DNA of 64,000 nucleotides from Hydrolagus colliei (Eukaryota). The translations under genes and the position numbers were made by a program. The notes under the pieces are model-generated. The model saw only the letters and a program-made list of their open reading frames with translations. It ran no database searches and was not told where the DNA came from. Positions within the stretch are counted from its first letter, which is position 1; every line of letters starts with the position of its first letter. Of the stretch, positions 51,415 to 64,000 are shown piece by piece. The stretch spans positions 50,034,001 to 50,098,000 of the forward strand of contig CM068743.1 of the NCBI GenBank assembly GCA_035084275.1, in the 5' to 3' direction.

Positions 51415-52540
51415 ACAAACCTCACAAGCCGCCAGCAGCACATCTCAATAAACGTGTTTTCCTCCCGCTCTCACCCAGTTACCTGTGGTGTACCCCAGGG
51501 ATCCATCCTCAGCCCCCTCCTCTTCCTCATCTATTCGCTCCCTCTTGGGGATGTCATCCACAGACATGGGGCACACTTCCACATATATGCGGATGACACG
51601 CAACTCTATTTCTCCACTTCACTTTGCGACCCCCAGTCCCCTGATGTTCTGTCAGCCTGCCTGACAGACATCAGGAGCTGGATGAGTGCAAACTTCCTGC
51701 ACCTGAATGTTGACAAGACGGAGACCATACTTTTTGACTCTCGTCAACGTCTCCATTCGCACGGCTCTCACCTCCTCCACCTTCCCGTCCTGCCCCTAAA
51801 ACTCTCAGAACCTGTGCGCAACCTTGGCGTCAGGTTCGACCCCCAACTGTCCTTCCTCCCCCACATCCAGTCCCTCACCAGCACCGCCTTCTACCACCTC
51901 CGATGGATCGCCCGTCTCCGGCAATACCTCACCCCAAAAGCCGCTGAAACCTTGGTCCATGACTTTGTCACCTCTCGGCTGGACTATTGCAATGCCCTCC
52001 TCACTGGTCTCCCCTCCACCACAATCCACAAAATCCAGCTAATTCAAAAATCTGCCGCCCGTATACTCACCCACACCAAGCTTCGCTCCCCCATTACCCC
52101 AGTCCTTGCCAGACTTCACTGGCTCCCTGTCCCTGAGAGGATCGACTTCAAGATCCTCATCCTTGTTTTCAAGTCCCTCCACTCCTCTGCACCCCCGTAC
52201 CTCTCTGATCTCCTCTCTCCCCAAACCAGCACCCGCTGCCTTCGCTCCACTGGGTCTGGCCTCCTCCATGTCCTCCGAATCCTCCTCTCCACCCTCGCCG
52301 GCCGTGCCTTCAGTCACTACGCCCCGAGGCTCTGGAACTCCCTTCCTCACTCCCTTCACTTCGCCCCCTCTCTTCCCAGTTTCAGGTCCCAGCTAAAGAC
52401 CTTTCTCTTCGACCGTGCCTTTGGTCACCTTTCTACCCCTGCCCCTGGCTCAGGTCCCGGGATCCATTATTGTGAACCAATCTGAGATGCTGTCTGGCGT
52501 GGAGGGCATTATATAAATCAAAGTTGTTGTTGTTGTTGTT
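51415..52540 (+). mobile_element. 5'-truncated L2-clade LINE (tail type B), open RT C-terminal half
   Basis: GVPQGSILSP, YADD and HWLP motifs; (GTT)n tail; 9-bp TSD GTCTGG(C/T)TC at 51406-51414 and 52541-52549. Confidence 0.93.
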
Positions 52541-52995
52541 GTCTGGTTCCTGAGCCAGGAGCTTCTGCAGTATTCTAGCCACTGCTGGTGACAGCACACC
52601 CAGCCTGGCTCATTGGCAGGACCGGGAATGGCAAACTAGTCACTGGGGGAAGAAAGTCATCCCACTCAGCTCCTGTTAACTGTGCAAGCCAAAGCCCCAA
52701 CTTTAGAGTTAGCATTAAGGGTAGGGTGGTTCTAGCTGGATGAGAAAGCGAGAAAGCTTGCCAGACAGAAATGTCAATAGCAAGCTGTGCGCTTTTAGCT
52801 AGTTAGACTCCAGTGCTACCCAACATACACTGTGGGATCCCCAAGCCTTGGCGCTTGCTAACCTGTGCCTTATACTTTCTGAAATTAGGTAAACAGGATG
52901 CGTCCTTCTAGGGAGAGAGTGTGCATTCCATTCCAACAATTTGTCTCTGGGATTTCCATAGTGATAGTTTTCCGTAGACACCCAGCTGCCCAAAA
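52541..52995 (+). repeat. Unclassified interspersed repeat (other copies ~15733-15985, 35585-35972, 39495-39600, 45786-46130)
   Basis: Collinear shared blocks CCTGTTAAC..GCAAGCCAAAGCCC, GCATTCCATTCC, TACTCTTAACCA, CAGACACCCAGCTG. Confidence 0.75.
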
Positions 52996-54084
52996 AGAAA
53001 TAATAATTATTGCCGATGTTATTTTGTGGACATCCGCATGAAAGCTTCTAATCCATCAATTGTATCTAGATTCCTATACACATTACAGGGTCATGCATTT
53101 CAATGAACAGTACAGCTGAGTGGTGAGTAAGAGGGAAGAATTGGTGTTTATAGCTCAAATAGAGAAGCTGGCACTTGGTTGGAAGAATAGTGGGTGGGAA
53201 TACAGGTATGTTGTAATTGAGAAGATTGGAGGGGTAAATAAGTAAAGGGATTTAAGAGTCAAGTGCCTAAATTGTCAAAATCTTGTTCACTACAACTGAA
53301 AAGACTCAGTCAGGTTAACAGAATGCTGAGCTTTATAAACAGTCAATCTGGAACATAAAAAACAAAAAAGAGCTACTGGTTGTCAGTTGTGTGAAGCTCT
53401 CTGAAACACCCCCTGACATGAAACGTGCTACATAAATATTAACTGTTGTTATTGTTGATTAAATTATATGGGGCCCTAGGCAGAAGACAGTACAAACTGA
53501 ATCAATTAATGAAGAAAAATCAGAATTAAAAATTGAGGATGCGATGATGAATCTAGAAGACTTTGTACCACCAGCATTTGGTATATTATGTACAAGTCTG
53601 GATGCTGTTCTATGGAAAGGAGAGGGTGCAGAGTACGGGGTGATGACTGGTAGTGAGAGAAAATACCATAAGGATAAGTTAGAACTCTTTATTTCCATTT
53701 GAGAAAGAAAAAATGGTTGAGGGGTGATATGATCAAGGTGCTTAAGATAATGAAAGATTAGAGAGCATTTTGGCTGGTAGGTGACATAGATGAGGACAGA
53801 GATTTAAAATGATAACTAGCAGCATGAAAGGGGATATTCAGAAGATATGTAATGATTTGTCATGTGTGTCTATGGGAGCAGAGATTATTACTTTTAAGAG
53901 GAAATTGGGTAAACACACATGTAGGAAAGTTATTAGAGGCTGGAGGAAAGATCAGAGAATTGGAATTATGTTAGATAATAATCATTGCAATTGGTGTAGC
54001 GCCTTATCAAGCCAAGGTGTGTGAAACCACTTCAGAGGATATACTATAAAGTGGCATGATGCTGTATATTTTATACATTAAAAT

Positions 54085-54590
54085 ATACAGCACAGAAACT
54101 GACTATTCGGCCTAACTGCTGGTGTTTATCAGTCTCTTCCTGCTTTCCTCAACTAAGCCAACAAGCATAACATTCTATTACTTTCTCCCTCATGTACCTC
54201 TCTAGTTTCCCCTTAAATACATCTATGCTATTTGCCTCAATAATTCCTTCTGGTAGCAAGTTCCACATCCCCACTACTCTGCTTAAATAAATTTCTTCCA
54301 AGTTCCTTATTTGATCTATTTGTGACTAGATTATATTGATGTCCCCTGGTTTTGGTCTCCCCCACCAGTGGAAACATCTTCCCTATGTCTACCCTATCAA
54401 AACCTTTCATAATTTTAAAGAACTCTATTAGATCACTACCAGTTATCATCATGAACCCTCGTCTTTTCAAGAGAAAAGAGTCCAAACATGTTCAGCCTTC
54501 CCTGACAGGTATAACCTCTCACTTCTGGGATCATCCATGTGAATCTCCTTTGCACCTTCTCCAGTGCCTCTATATCCTTTCTATAATGTG
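54085..54590 (-). mobile_element. CR1 3' fragment
   Basis: KDIEALEKVQRRFT and DLIEFFKIMKGFDRVD remnants. Confidence 0.85.
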
Positions 54591-55127
54591 GGTGAAAGCA
54601 GCAGCCAATTTGTTCACAGCAATGTCCCACAAATACCCATGAACAACACCTTGTATTTTTATGGTGCTCTTCACACTGGGTAGCATTTCGAAGCACATTT
54701 CCTCACCCCTACCAAACCCCACACCATCATGCCAGTCACCAGGCTCTACTGATTCCCTACTACAGAATAGATTGATTTCAAGATCCTCTGATGACAAATC
54801 ACTTAATGTCCCAGCACCTCTCTATCTCTCTGACATGCTTTCGCCCACAAAATATATAGTCGATTCAATTTACAGTATATTCCATGAAGTGCTTTGAGGT
54901 GTCTTGAAGACATAATAAGGTGGTATATGAAATGCAAGGATTATTATTATCATTGTACCCGCCTCTACTATCTGTCCCTTTGCTCAGCTGGCTGCAGCCT
55001 TCTTTATGTCTCTCATCCCCTCTGTTCCTCCATTATCAGCCCTAATTTCAGCCACTATCCCCCAACACTCTGGAAGTCGACCTGAATACCTTGGCATTAC
55101 GCTCTCCTGGACAATCTTTGCACAATA

Positions 55128-55397
55128 GTAATAATGATTACAGCCAATTGCACATGGCAGTGTCCCACAAAGAGTCGTGGATTGAAGTGAGCAAATTACT
55201 ATACTTTTTGAAAGAATTATTACCCTGGAAAGGCGATCTGCTAATCGACTAAAGACTGGGTTCATACTTATTGCTAGGTAAACAGAAGCGTGTGTGTAGA
55301 GTAAGGAAACTTGCCCAATATTTTGCCCTGCCTGAAATTGAACTCAGGTCTCTAGCTTGCAAAACTAATATTCTAACCACAGGGCTATCAGACTCCA
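55128..55397 (-). mobile_element. SINE (long variant), tail lost
   Basis: Head and central block match the 7966-8346 copy. Confidence 0.75.
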
Positions 55398-56199
55398 GAT
55401 CATACGTGAAGACAGTTCCTAGTCTTCTGCCCCTCTCTCCCTGGCTCTGTGTCTAACTCCAGCACTGTTAAGACCTTAGGTAATGGCGGAGGTGGGCAAT
55501 GTTTTGAACATGTATAAAAAGGAGTGAAAAGGACTTCCATTATGGTACTGTGTAGCCTGCAGTTTGCAACATGACCAGCAAGGGTGCATTTTAGCTCAAA
55601 GTTTAAAAAAAATTATATTGTATGTGATCTTGTAGATTGAAATAAAATAGTTGATATTGGAAATGTTCAGCAGGCAGGGCACGCCTAAAGATAGATGCAG
55701 TCTGAAGGTTAACAATGAAAATGCTGAGTTTTAAATTCATTCACCAAGTGGCACTTTACAAGGTGCTGGAATTTAACTGGGTTCAATTTCTTAATTATAC
55801 ACTTAATATTCGCTTCCGCTCACCTTGAACGCACATTTATTTTACAGTCTACAGTATTTGGGATAAAATCACTGCTTTTGGTTTGCGCTTTAGCATATTG
55901 CTTTAATATTGAGGATTGATTTTGTTTTGAAAAAAATATCTTGATCGATAAATACACTTGGTGTAACAGAAATCCCAAACAAAATACTATATCTTCTTTT
56001 CCATTTATCCAAAAAAAACATGATGACAGTCTATCTATTGTGGATGCTTCCCAGTGAGTGAGTGACTGAGTGAATGACTGCAATGTGTTGCAACTCCAGC
56101 ACTCTCTCTCACTCACTCCCTCTCTCTCTCTCTCTCCCCCACCCCACACACACACACACATTCACTCCACCTCTCACTCACTCACTCCCTTCCTCTCAC

Positions 56200-56351
56200 C
56201 CCCTCCCTCTCTCCGCCTCCGTCTGCTCCTATCACATGATTTAGGCTCCAGCCGCCCGCTCGCTACCAAGAGCTGCAGAGGGAGGGAGAGAGAGAGACAG
56301 TCACTCTCTCACACACACAAGCAACCAACACAGCACAGACAGGACAGCTAG
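56200..56351 (+). other. Putative non-coding first exon/promoter of the next plus-strand gene (SCRN1 expected by synteny)
   Basis: GC-richer, microsatellite-rich promoter-like stretch with E-box TCACATGA (~56232) and a perfect donor AG|GTAAGT at 56351/56352. No coding exon was seen. Confidence 0.45.
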
Positions 56352-58299
56352 GTAAGTGCAACGGCCAGTGCTTTGCTGCTGGGGAAAATAACGTGTGCAA
56401 ATATATATTGTGTATGTATATATATCATATATATATATATAATCCTCTTTCTTTTGTGTTTGTGAACATTTGCTATTGAGAGAGAGAGATGGAGAGTGAG
56501 TGAGTGAGTGAGTGAGGCGGTGGCTGTTGTGTGTGGCTGTGAGTGGTGGCTGGTTGCTCAGTATTGCTGCCTCTGCTGCTGAGGAAATCACCCCAGCGCC
56601 CTCCTCTCTCTCTTTCTCTCTCCATCTCTCTCTCTCTCTCTCTCTACCCCCTGCAATGCTGTGTTTGTTTTAAATAAATTATATGGAAAAAAAAAGCTTT
56701 GGTTTCTTTGAAACAAATGCGAAACAAACGAAAAAAAAATCCCAATAACAATAATGACAATTGTAATAATAATAACTGTTAGTATCAAGGCAGGTTTTCC
56801 AGCTGCTTGGTGGATTCCAATCAGTGTCCTCCTCTCTCCCCCTTGCTCGGTTGCGGGAGGTGAAACATGAGGGGTGGGGGGTGGAGACCTCAGAGAGAGA
56901 GAGAGTGAAAATGTGGCCAGTGTAAAGGGGCCTGACCTGACTCAGGCTGTATGGAGGCCCCCCCCCCAAAAAAAAACCCAGCCCCTAACTCATTCTCCCA
57001 CTCACTCACTCCCGAGTGCCCCACCTTCTCCCCCACCTCTTCACAATGCCCTTGCCACCGCCCTCTTTTTTTTCCCTCCTGCAACTTTCCTCTATTTTGC
57101 TCTGAACAATCATTGATGACTGCCCTTTTAATGTATGTTTTGTCTTTGTGTTTTTGTTAAAAATCCAATCCATTTCTTAACCTGAAACTTAGCATCTAGT
57201 CTCCTGTTCTTTGGCTTTTTTTTTTGCCTCTCTCTCGTCAGCTCCTTAATCCTGTGCCCTTTATTCTTTTTCTCTTGTGTCTCTCTCTCCTCTGCCTGGG
57301 AAGTGCCTTTCTGAATGTATTGTATGGACCATCTGTGAAAGGAATGCCAGCCCACAGATAGCCGCACACCGCGAGGAAAGAAAGGGCATCGTGAAGGAAA
57401 TGTATATTTATTATAATAATAATCCTTGCATTTTAAATATCACCTTATCATGTCATTGAGACATCCCAAAACGCTTCATAGATTGTATTGAAATTCATGA
57501 AATTTGCAATGTAATGCTTTAAAGTACTGCTCGTCATATCACAAAATCGACTGGGTTTGATGCATGGTTTGGTGTCCTGATGTATTGAATGTTTATTCCG
57601 TTGACACACAAATGAGAAGCTTGTGATTCCAGAAAATGCTTATGTAGACGTAAGCTTTAGTGCTCAGAAAGTTGGGTATTGGAAATGTACTGGATGGTAA
57701 ATCCAGGGTCCTGCGCACTTAAATTACTCAAATCTATTGTTAACTTTTGTACCCTGCTTAATGATTGAGTCATAACAGGTTGTTTGTCAGATATCGTAAT
57801 TTGAAGTGAGATTTATATTTGTTGTGAATTTCCCTATTGAGCGTAGGCCACTTTGCTGCCACTTGTGTCAGGCTGGCTTAGTTGGTGTTATTCTTGCCTC
57901 CGAGTCAGAAGGATGTGGGAGCAAGCCTCAGGTCAATGCTTAGAACTCGTATGGACCAGGTTGATTCACCAATGCAGTCTTGAGGTGCCCTGGATTGTTG
58001 GAGGAAATTCAGAGCATCTCCTCAGGCTCTTTCTGATGAGATGTTAAACCAAGGCCCACCTGCCAACCGAGGTGGACTTCAGGGCTCCAAAGCATTGTTA
58101 TTAAAGGGAAAGGAATTTCATCTGGGTCCTGACCTGGGCCAATGGTAAAATATGGAATTGTTTGACAAAAACTGCAGAGAAATTTGACAAATTTTGCAGA
58201 AAATTGTGTGGGGCTTAATTGGGGCTATTGAGGTATATTTCACTGTCAACCAGCATTTTTCACTTTATGAATAAAAACTGAGCATGAGCAAATAACATG

Positions 58300-58850
58300 T
58301 GTGGAGTTCTGTAGCTCAGTATTAGGAACAGTCACATCACAAGTGAGAGACCTGGGTTGGATTCTTGGTAGGGCGAAATGTTGGGAAAGTTTCCTTACTC
58401 CACTCACCTCTGTTTACCTAGCAGTATGTAGGAACCTGTTTGATAGTCGATTGGCAAATCACTTTATGAAGGGTAATAATTCCTTTTAAAAAAAATTGTC
58501 CTGCTGTGCGCAATTGGCTGCCGTTTTTCGTCCAGAAATATACAGGTAATTCACTTTACTGTATCACAAATAAAAGTCACTGGGAACACTCAGCAGCTCA
58601 GGCAGCATCTATGGAGAAAGGAAAAATGAGTCAACATTTCGGTCATGAGTCAAAATGTTGACTCACTTTTTCTTTTTCCATAGATGCTGCCTGACCTGCT
58701 GAGTGTTCCCAGCAATTTCTGTTTGTGTTTCAGATTTCCAGCATCTGCAGTATTTTGTATTTTTGTTTTTCACTTTACTGTATATTCTGTGAAGTGCTTT
58801 GAGACATCTTGAAGTGATAAAGTGTTATGTCAAATGCAAGGATTATTTTT
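58300..58850 (+). mobile_element. SINE (long variant) interrupted by a hairpin element
   Basis: Head at 58300; tail resumes at 58770. Confidence 0.85.
58565..58769. mobile_element. Second Penelope-like hairpin element with 14-bp TSD
   Basis: ~60-bp inverted arms; TCACTTTACTGTAT duplicated at 58551-58564 and 58770-58783. Confidence 0.75.
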
Positions 58851-58964
58851 ATTAGAGTTGAAAAAAAATTAAGATCCACCACAAAACAGACACTCAGGAC
58901 CAGTGTCCAATCTGTGGGGCTATAGGAGTTCACCATCTCCTGCCTCTCAGGCCTGGCATCGGAC

Positions 58965-59445
58965 ACAACAACAGAATCACATTTGTATAGCGCTTTTCAC
59001 GTCGGGAGGACACCCCAAGGCGCTGGACAGTCAGTGTTTCAGACCTGAGCTGGGGTTGGGAACAAGGAAGGAGGAGGGAGGGGAACGGGATTGACCAATG
59101 GCACCATCGAAGAGGAGGGTCGTGAGGTGGGACATGAAGGGGGCTAGGCAGGGGGTGAGGCGGAGAGACTGCGTGATAGAATTCCAGAAGTTAGGGGCAG
59201 ATTGGCTAAAAGCTCACCAGCTGATAGTGTGGTGATTCGGGGGAGATGGAGCAGGTCAGAGTATGCTGAATGGTGGGAGCAGACAGGTTGGTAGGGAGTT
59301 AGGAGGTCGCAGAGGAAAGGCCAAAGGGAGGTCTTAAAGGTGAAGACCAGGATCTTGAATCCTCTGAATGATAGGGAGTCAATGGAGTTGTGCGAAAATG
59401 GGGGAGATTGGGTTGCAGAGCTTGGTGTGAGAGAAGACAGCGGAC
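58965..59445 (-). mobile_element. L2 3' fragment
   Basis: Type A tail and FKILVFTFK remnant. Confidence 0.8.
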
Positions 59446-61064
59446 GAGCGAGAGAGACACGCATATACATTCATACAGAGACACTCACAAACACACAGAG
59501 GAGACACACACACTCGTATAGAGACTCCGTCATATTGAGAGAGGCACACTCACATAGAGACACACTCCCAAGCACATGCGGAGGGATGCACAGACAATCT
59601 GAACAGCAGCGTCTCCCCACTGGAGCCAGGCCCACTTCCCGCTTACGCTGCTCTGAGCATGCACATCCAGAACTGCTTCGTCCACAGTTGATAAACAGCG
59701 CAGTGGCTCGGTGCCAGAAACAGCATTGTTAGCGGATTTGTAGTGGAGCGCACTGTTTATAGAGGATTCTATAAAGTGGAAGAATTGTGGTTGCACTTTT
59801 CTATTGGCCCAGGTTCCTGGCCAACAATCCTGCAGGAAGAATTTGGTCATTCGCTTTGTTCATGTATGTGGTACGTTGCTGGGTGCAAATTGGCTGTCGC
59901 ATTTGCGTCCTGATGTGATTTATTATTATCATGTAGTATATTAATAAAACTCATTCTAAAAGTAGTAAAAACTGAGCTAGTTTGAAAAATAATTTGTGGA
60001 ATGCAACATACAGTAATATGTAGTTTTGCCATTAAATGTATAACAAACAGAAAATATAGTAAAATGATAGCTAATCGCACTTAATGGAGATATCCATCTT
60101 CAACAAAGCTATTTCAGGCACAAGCATAACAATACTGTTGTGTTTTACTTAAGTGGGAGCTCATGATGTTCAAAATCACAGTTAATGTGGGGATGCCCAT
60201 GAATGTGTATGAGATTGCTGGTTGCTTAAAATAAATGCTGCATCTGCATGAACAGAGGAATGTTGCCAATATCATCAGAATAATTTATTGAACAGGATGT
60301 GCAATCAATATAAACGTGCAGGATTTATATGAACAGAAGACAGTTCTGTCAATAACAGATGAGACCTACGGGAATGAAGCTTCTCAGTCAATATGTGCTT
60401 CAAAGGTGTTTGCTAATATACAATGTATCAATATTTAAAAACTATAGCATCAAGTCTCCAAATATATACTGTTTGTAACAGTTTCAGATCACTTGCAGAA
60501 ATTCTAAGTGGTACTTCTCATTTGATATCCATTTTGATTAAAAGGGTAACTGATTGGTGTAAAATAAACAATGCAATTGAAATAAGTATCTTTTGGAAAT
60601 ATTCCTGGGGGTGCAATGATCCTGTGACATGGAACATCTTATATAATGAAGGATTAACATCAAGTGCAGTTTTTGTGCCAACAATTTTTATTGTAAGACA
60701 TGAATTTTAACTCATGGTTACCTGAAGTTTATCTGGCTTGCCCTTTCCCTCATCACATTTCAAGCTTTCTTTAAGACATTTCCAGCTGAACTTTTAACCA
60801 GTTAGCTCTGTGAAGTACTTTGAGACCTGCTCCCAGTGTAAACTTATATCAATATTTCATACAGATTTTAAAATAACCTATGTGTGGCATGGCTTTGTTT
60901 GGCTAAACTAAAATTGCTGCAGGATGCTATCTAGCCTTGAGCAAGACTGAAGATTAGAATAAACTCCGATTTCCCACACAGATAATTGGAACAGACTTGC
61001 AACAAAAGCAGCTAATGCTGTGTCAGTATGAATTGTTGCATGATTCTGCAAATAGCACAATTAG

Positions 61065-62945
61065 ATTCATAGAATCTTACAAGCACAAAATCGAGCCATT
61101 TGTCCCATCAAGTCTGCGTTTTTTTTCTCAACAGGATTCAGTTTAATTCTGCTCTCCTGCTCGCTCCCCACACTGTTTTCCACTTTTTCAATCATGTATA
61201 TAATTCCCATTTGAAAGAGTTTATGAACACATCGCAAAGTAGTTTGTGGCTGAGAATTATTTTTTCCAAGCTTCTGCTGTGTAGGCCTTTTCCAAACATA
61301 TCCTTTAATTTTGTTCTTCATCCTAGATTTGTGTCCTCCCATTCATTATTTAAACATATGTTTTGGGTCTGTCGCATCCTGGTGACCTTATGAACAACTA
61401 TTAAACTTGTCTTTCATTCGTTGTGTTCATACAGAACCTTTAAAATGCCTTTAAAACAGAATGCCTTTAAAACATTCTTAGAGCACTTTCACCTTATTAT
61501 TTTCTTCCTCTGTAATTATAAATTATTGAACACTTCAAAGAATCTTCTCCATTGATGAATAGGAACAGTGCAATTTTTGATCTTGGCTCCCTACATGGTA
61601 GTTCCAACATATTTAATCATCACTATCATCGCTTGTTGGTGCAGAGCAATGGAAAAGGCTAATGGTATTTTGAGATTTGTCACAAAACCAAGTAAGTAAC
61701 TACTGCAGTTATAAAGTGTTCTGGTCAGAGTCACCTTGAGTATTCTCTTCAGTATTGAGTACCTACCTTTGGAAGGAAATATTGGCCTCTGAGAACGGTT
61801 CATTCGGAATAAACAGAAATAAAGCAAGCTTGGCTATCATCAGCAGCTGGATGAACTTTGCTTGTATTCGCTAGTACTAAAGTGATTATTATTACGAAGA
61901 AGATGGTTTTGGTGATCTGAAATAGTTCTCGAAAATGACGGGAATTAACAAGGCACATAGAAAATGATTGTTTTTGTGTATAAAGAATCCAAGATGAGGA
62001 TCTCCAAATTAGAACCGAGACTGTTAAAGATGAATCCTGAAGCCATTTGTTCATGCAAAAGAATAATTGCTATTAAGAAAAATCAAAAAGTGATGAATTT
62101 GGATAGCCATTAAATGGGTTATTAGCTGTTAGTATAATTTACTGACCATGGTGAGTATGTCTAATCCCTGCTGTTGGGGTAAGCTTGTTAGAAATTGGAA
62201 CCACTTGTTTGCCAAGGTCAGTAAAATTTAATGAACTAGAGAATCTCTCTTTAATTTGTTTTTGTCTATTGCATATTGTGAAGAACTCAGACTTTATCCC
62301 GTGTTAAGAGTGCAGTCTAAATGCACATTGTTTTTGATAATAGTTGATTTAGAAAGTATACTACATAAAAGCTAGAGCCGTGCATAAGCAAATTTTATCC
62401 TGTTGTGCAAAACAAAGGTGAAACATGAGGCTGGAAACAATATACAGTCTACCATAACATCTGTCGGAGTGGGAGGGGGGAATTGCTTGGAAACATTATA
62501 CAAGATGCTATTAATTCTCCTCTATCAAAGCAAAACATTTTGTAGAGTAGTTAGAAGCAATATCTCATGCATCACAGATCTACTAGAATTTGTTTGAAGA
62601 TATTACCAAGATAGTGAATATAATTTACTTGAATTTTTTAAGCGTTTGATAAAGATTGCACATATGAGACCTAAAGAATATTCAAGCATATGGAATTAAT
62701 GGCACTTTAAGCGATAAGTGGAAAAAACTCTGTGTGGGCCAGTGGTTAATGAGATTCTGCATTGCTCTGTTCTGACTCCCTTCTTAATCTCGAAATGACA
62801 TAGGGGAGCAGTATTTATTAATAATGGTGATATTAAGCAACAGGTACATACTAATAATATGAGATGCAGGTACAATATCAAGTACATTTTTGACTATTAA
62901 ACAGATGGACAAACAACAACAGATGGACTTTAATTTAGCTGTCAG
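61065..62945. mobile_element. Cluster of old CR1 fragments (61065-61520 minus; 61680-62060 and 62530-62945 plus)
   Basis: ATAGAATC tail, SCITDLLEF-like RT remnant, degenerate CR1 motifs. Confidence 0.55.
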
Positions 62946-63749
62946 TTTTTAGATCATTTGTTGCATTGATTCAGCGGCTTGGGACGTCCTCCCAACGTGA
63001 AAGATGTTCTATAAATGTAATTTTGATGTTGTTGATTGATGTTATAATAATAACACTTGCATTTGATACAGCGCCTTACCATGTCGTTGACATATCTCAA
63101 ATGCTTCACAGAATATATAATAATGTGAATTGTTTGTATTTTGAGGGTGTAATACAGACCATAAATTATTAAATGTTGGAATTTTTTTTTAAAAGAAGCC
63201 TTTCTCTTTGGGTCCATTTTTTCTGTGAACATGGCTAACACTGGCACTGTTACTTGATCAGCTTCAATATGTCACAGCAAACTGATGACGTAACTCCATC
63301 ATTACCTTATCTTGTCCAGCTGCACAATAAGCCGAGTTTCTTCCCTCAGTCCACTTTGTTTCCTCACAGCCTTATTATTCTTGAGGAGAGAAATGTATTA
63401 TATGCAGAGTACATAGTTTCTTCACTTATTGCTTTTGCTTTTCGTTTTTTGGCATAATGGAACCAATGTTTGAATCCTTATGAGCGATTGCAATTGGTGT
63501 TTTATTATTTCTGTGTTCATGAACTGGAATATGACATTACTTCAAGAGACAGAAGCATAAAAGTTGCAAAGCAAGAGTACTGCCTCTCATGTTACAATAA
63601 CAATTTGGTGCCTTGAACAAGGGGTAACATCACTAGAATTTATATTCTTCCTGCCGACACAAAATTAGCTAGTAATTGAAAGAAAACAAATTTATAAACA
63701 GAGTTTGTGAATCAGCTGTAAATAAATCTGGACATACTCCAGGATGTCA

Positions 63750-64000
63750 CAACAACAATTTTGATTTATATAGCGCCATCCACACCGGACGGCATCTCAG
63801 AGCGTTTCACAATAACAGATCCCGGGACCGAGCCAGGGTCAGGGGTAGAAAGGTGACCAAAGGCGCAATCGAAGAGAAAGGTCTGCAGCGGAGACCTGAA
63901 ACTGGGAAGGGAGGGGGCGAGGTGAAAGGAATGAGGAAGGGAGTTTCAGAGCCTCAGGATGTAGTAGCTGAAGGCATGTCCGCTGATGGTGGAGCGGAGG
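63750..64000 (-). mobile_element. L2 3' end (type B), running off the window
   Basis: (CAA)n tail plus GCGCC...GGACGGCATCTCAGAGCG, as at 36820-36880 and 1-20. Confidence 0.85.

Noticed and set aside
51223-52485. 420-aa ORF with a hydrophobic N-terminus fused to RT, resembling a membrane-anchored domesticated reverse transcriptase
   Set aside because: Starts at GTG. The RT part is a 5'-truncated L2 with tail and TSD that lacks the N-terminal RT motifs; the upstream ~64 codons are chance read-through of flanking repeat.
59450-59720. CA-rich, moderately GC-rich segment with a 130-aa ORF, possibly an exon
   Set aside because: No recognisable protein homology or convincing splice pair, and it abuts an L2 fragment.
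1760-63035. Recurrent ~60-bp palindromic unit that might suggest a CRISPR- or REP-like array
   Set aside because: Dispersed, both orientations, no regular spacers; these are 5'-truncated L2 tails and SINE tails.

Overview
Eukaryotic vertebrate genomic DNA. The repeat content suggests a cartilaginous fish (chimaera/shark-like); this is an inference. The window holds a head-to-head gene pair sharing a ~640-bp CpG-rich promoter. PLEKHA8/FAPP2 is on the minus strand: coding exons 1-11 were traced by hand (29536 to 2088) and the remaining exons lie left of the window. FKBP14 is complete on the plus strand (4 exons, 30173-40687, 212 aa, signal peptide to HDEL). A probable non-coding first exon of a further plus-strand gene lies near 56.2-56.35 kb (SCRN1 by mammalian synteny; no coding evidence here). 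The rest is dense with L2 and CR1 LINE fragments, tRNA-derived Deu-type SINEs, Tc2/Tigger-like DNA elements, Penelope-like hairpins and at least one repeat family I cannot name. Almost all supplied ORFs are noise or TE-derived. I see no convincing new multi-gene system. The best leads are RNA-level: inverted young L2 copies bracketing PLEKHA8 exon 7, out-of-frame uORFs overlapping both start codons, an odd exon-5 acceptor, a shared LINE/SINE 3' stem-loop with family-specific loops, a hammerhead-like relic and an unnamed repeat. Exon coordinates were counted to the base; most TE boundaries are approximate (about +/-20 bp).
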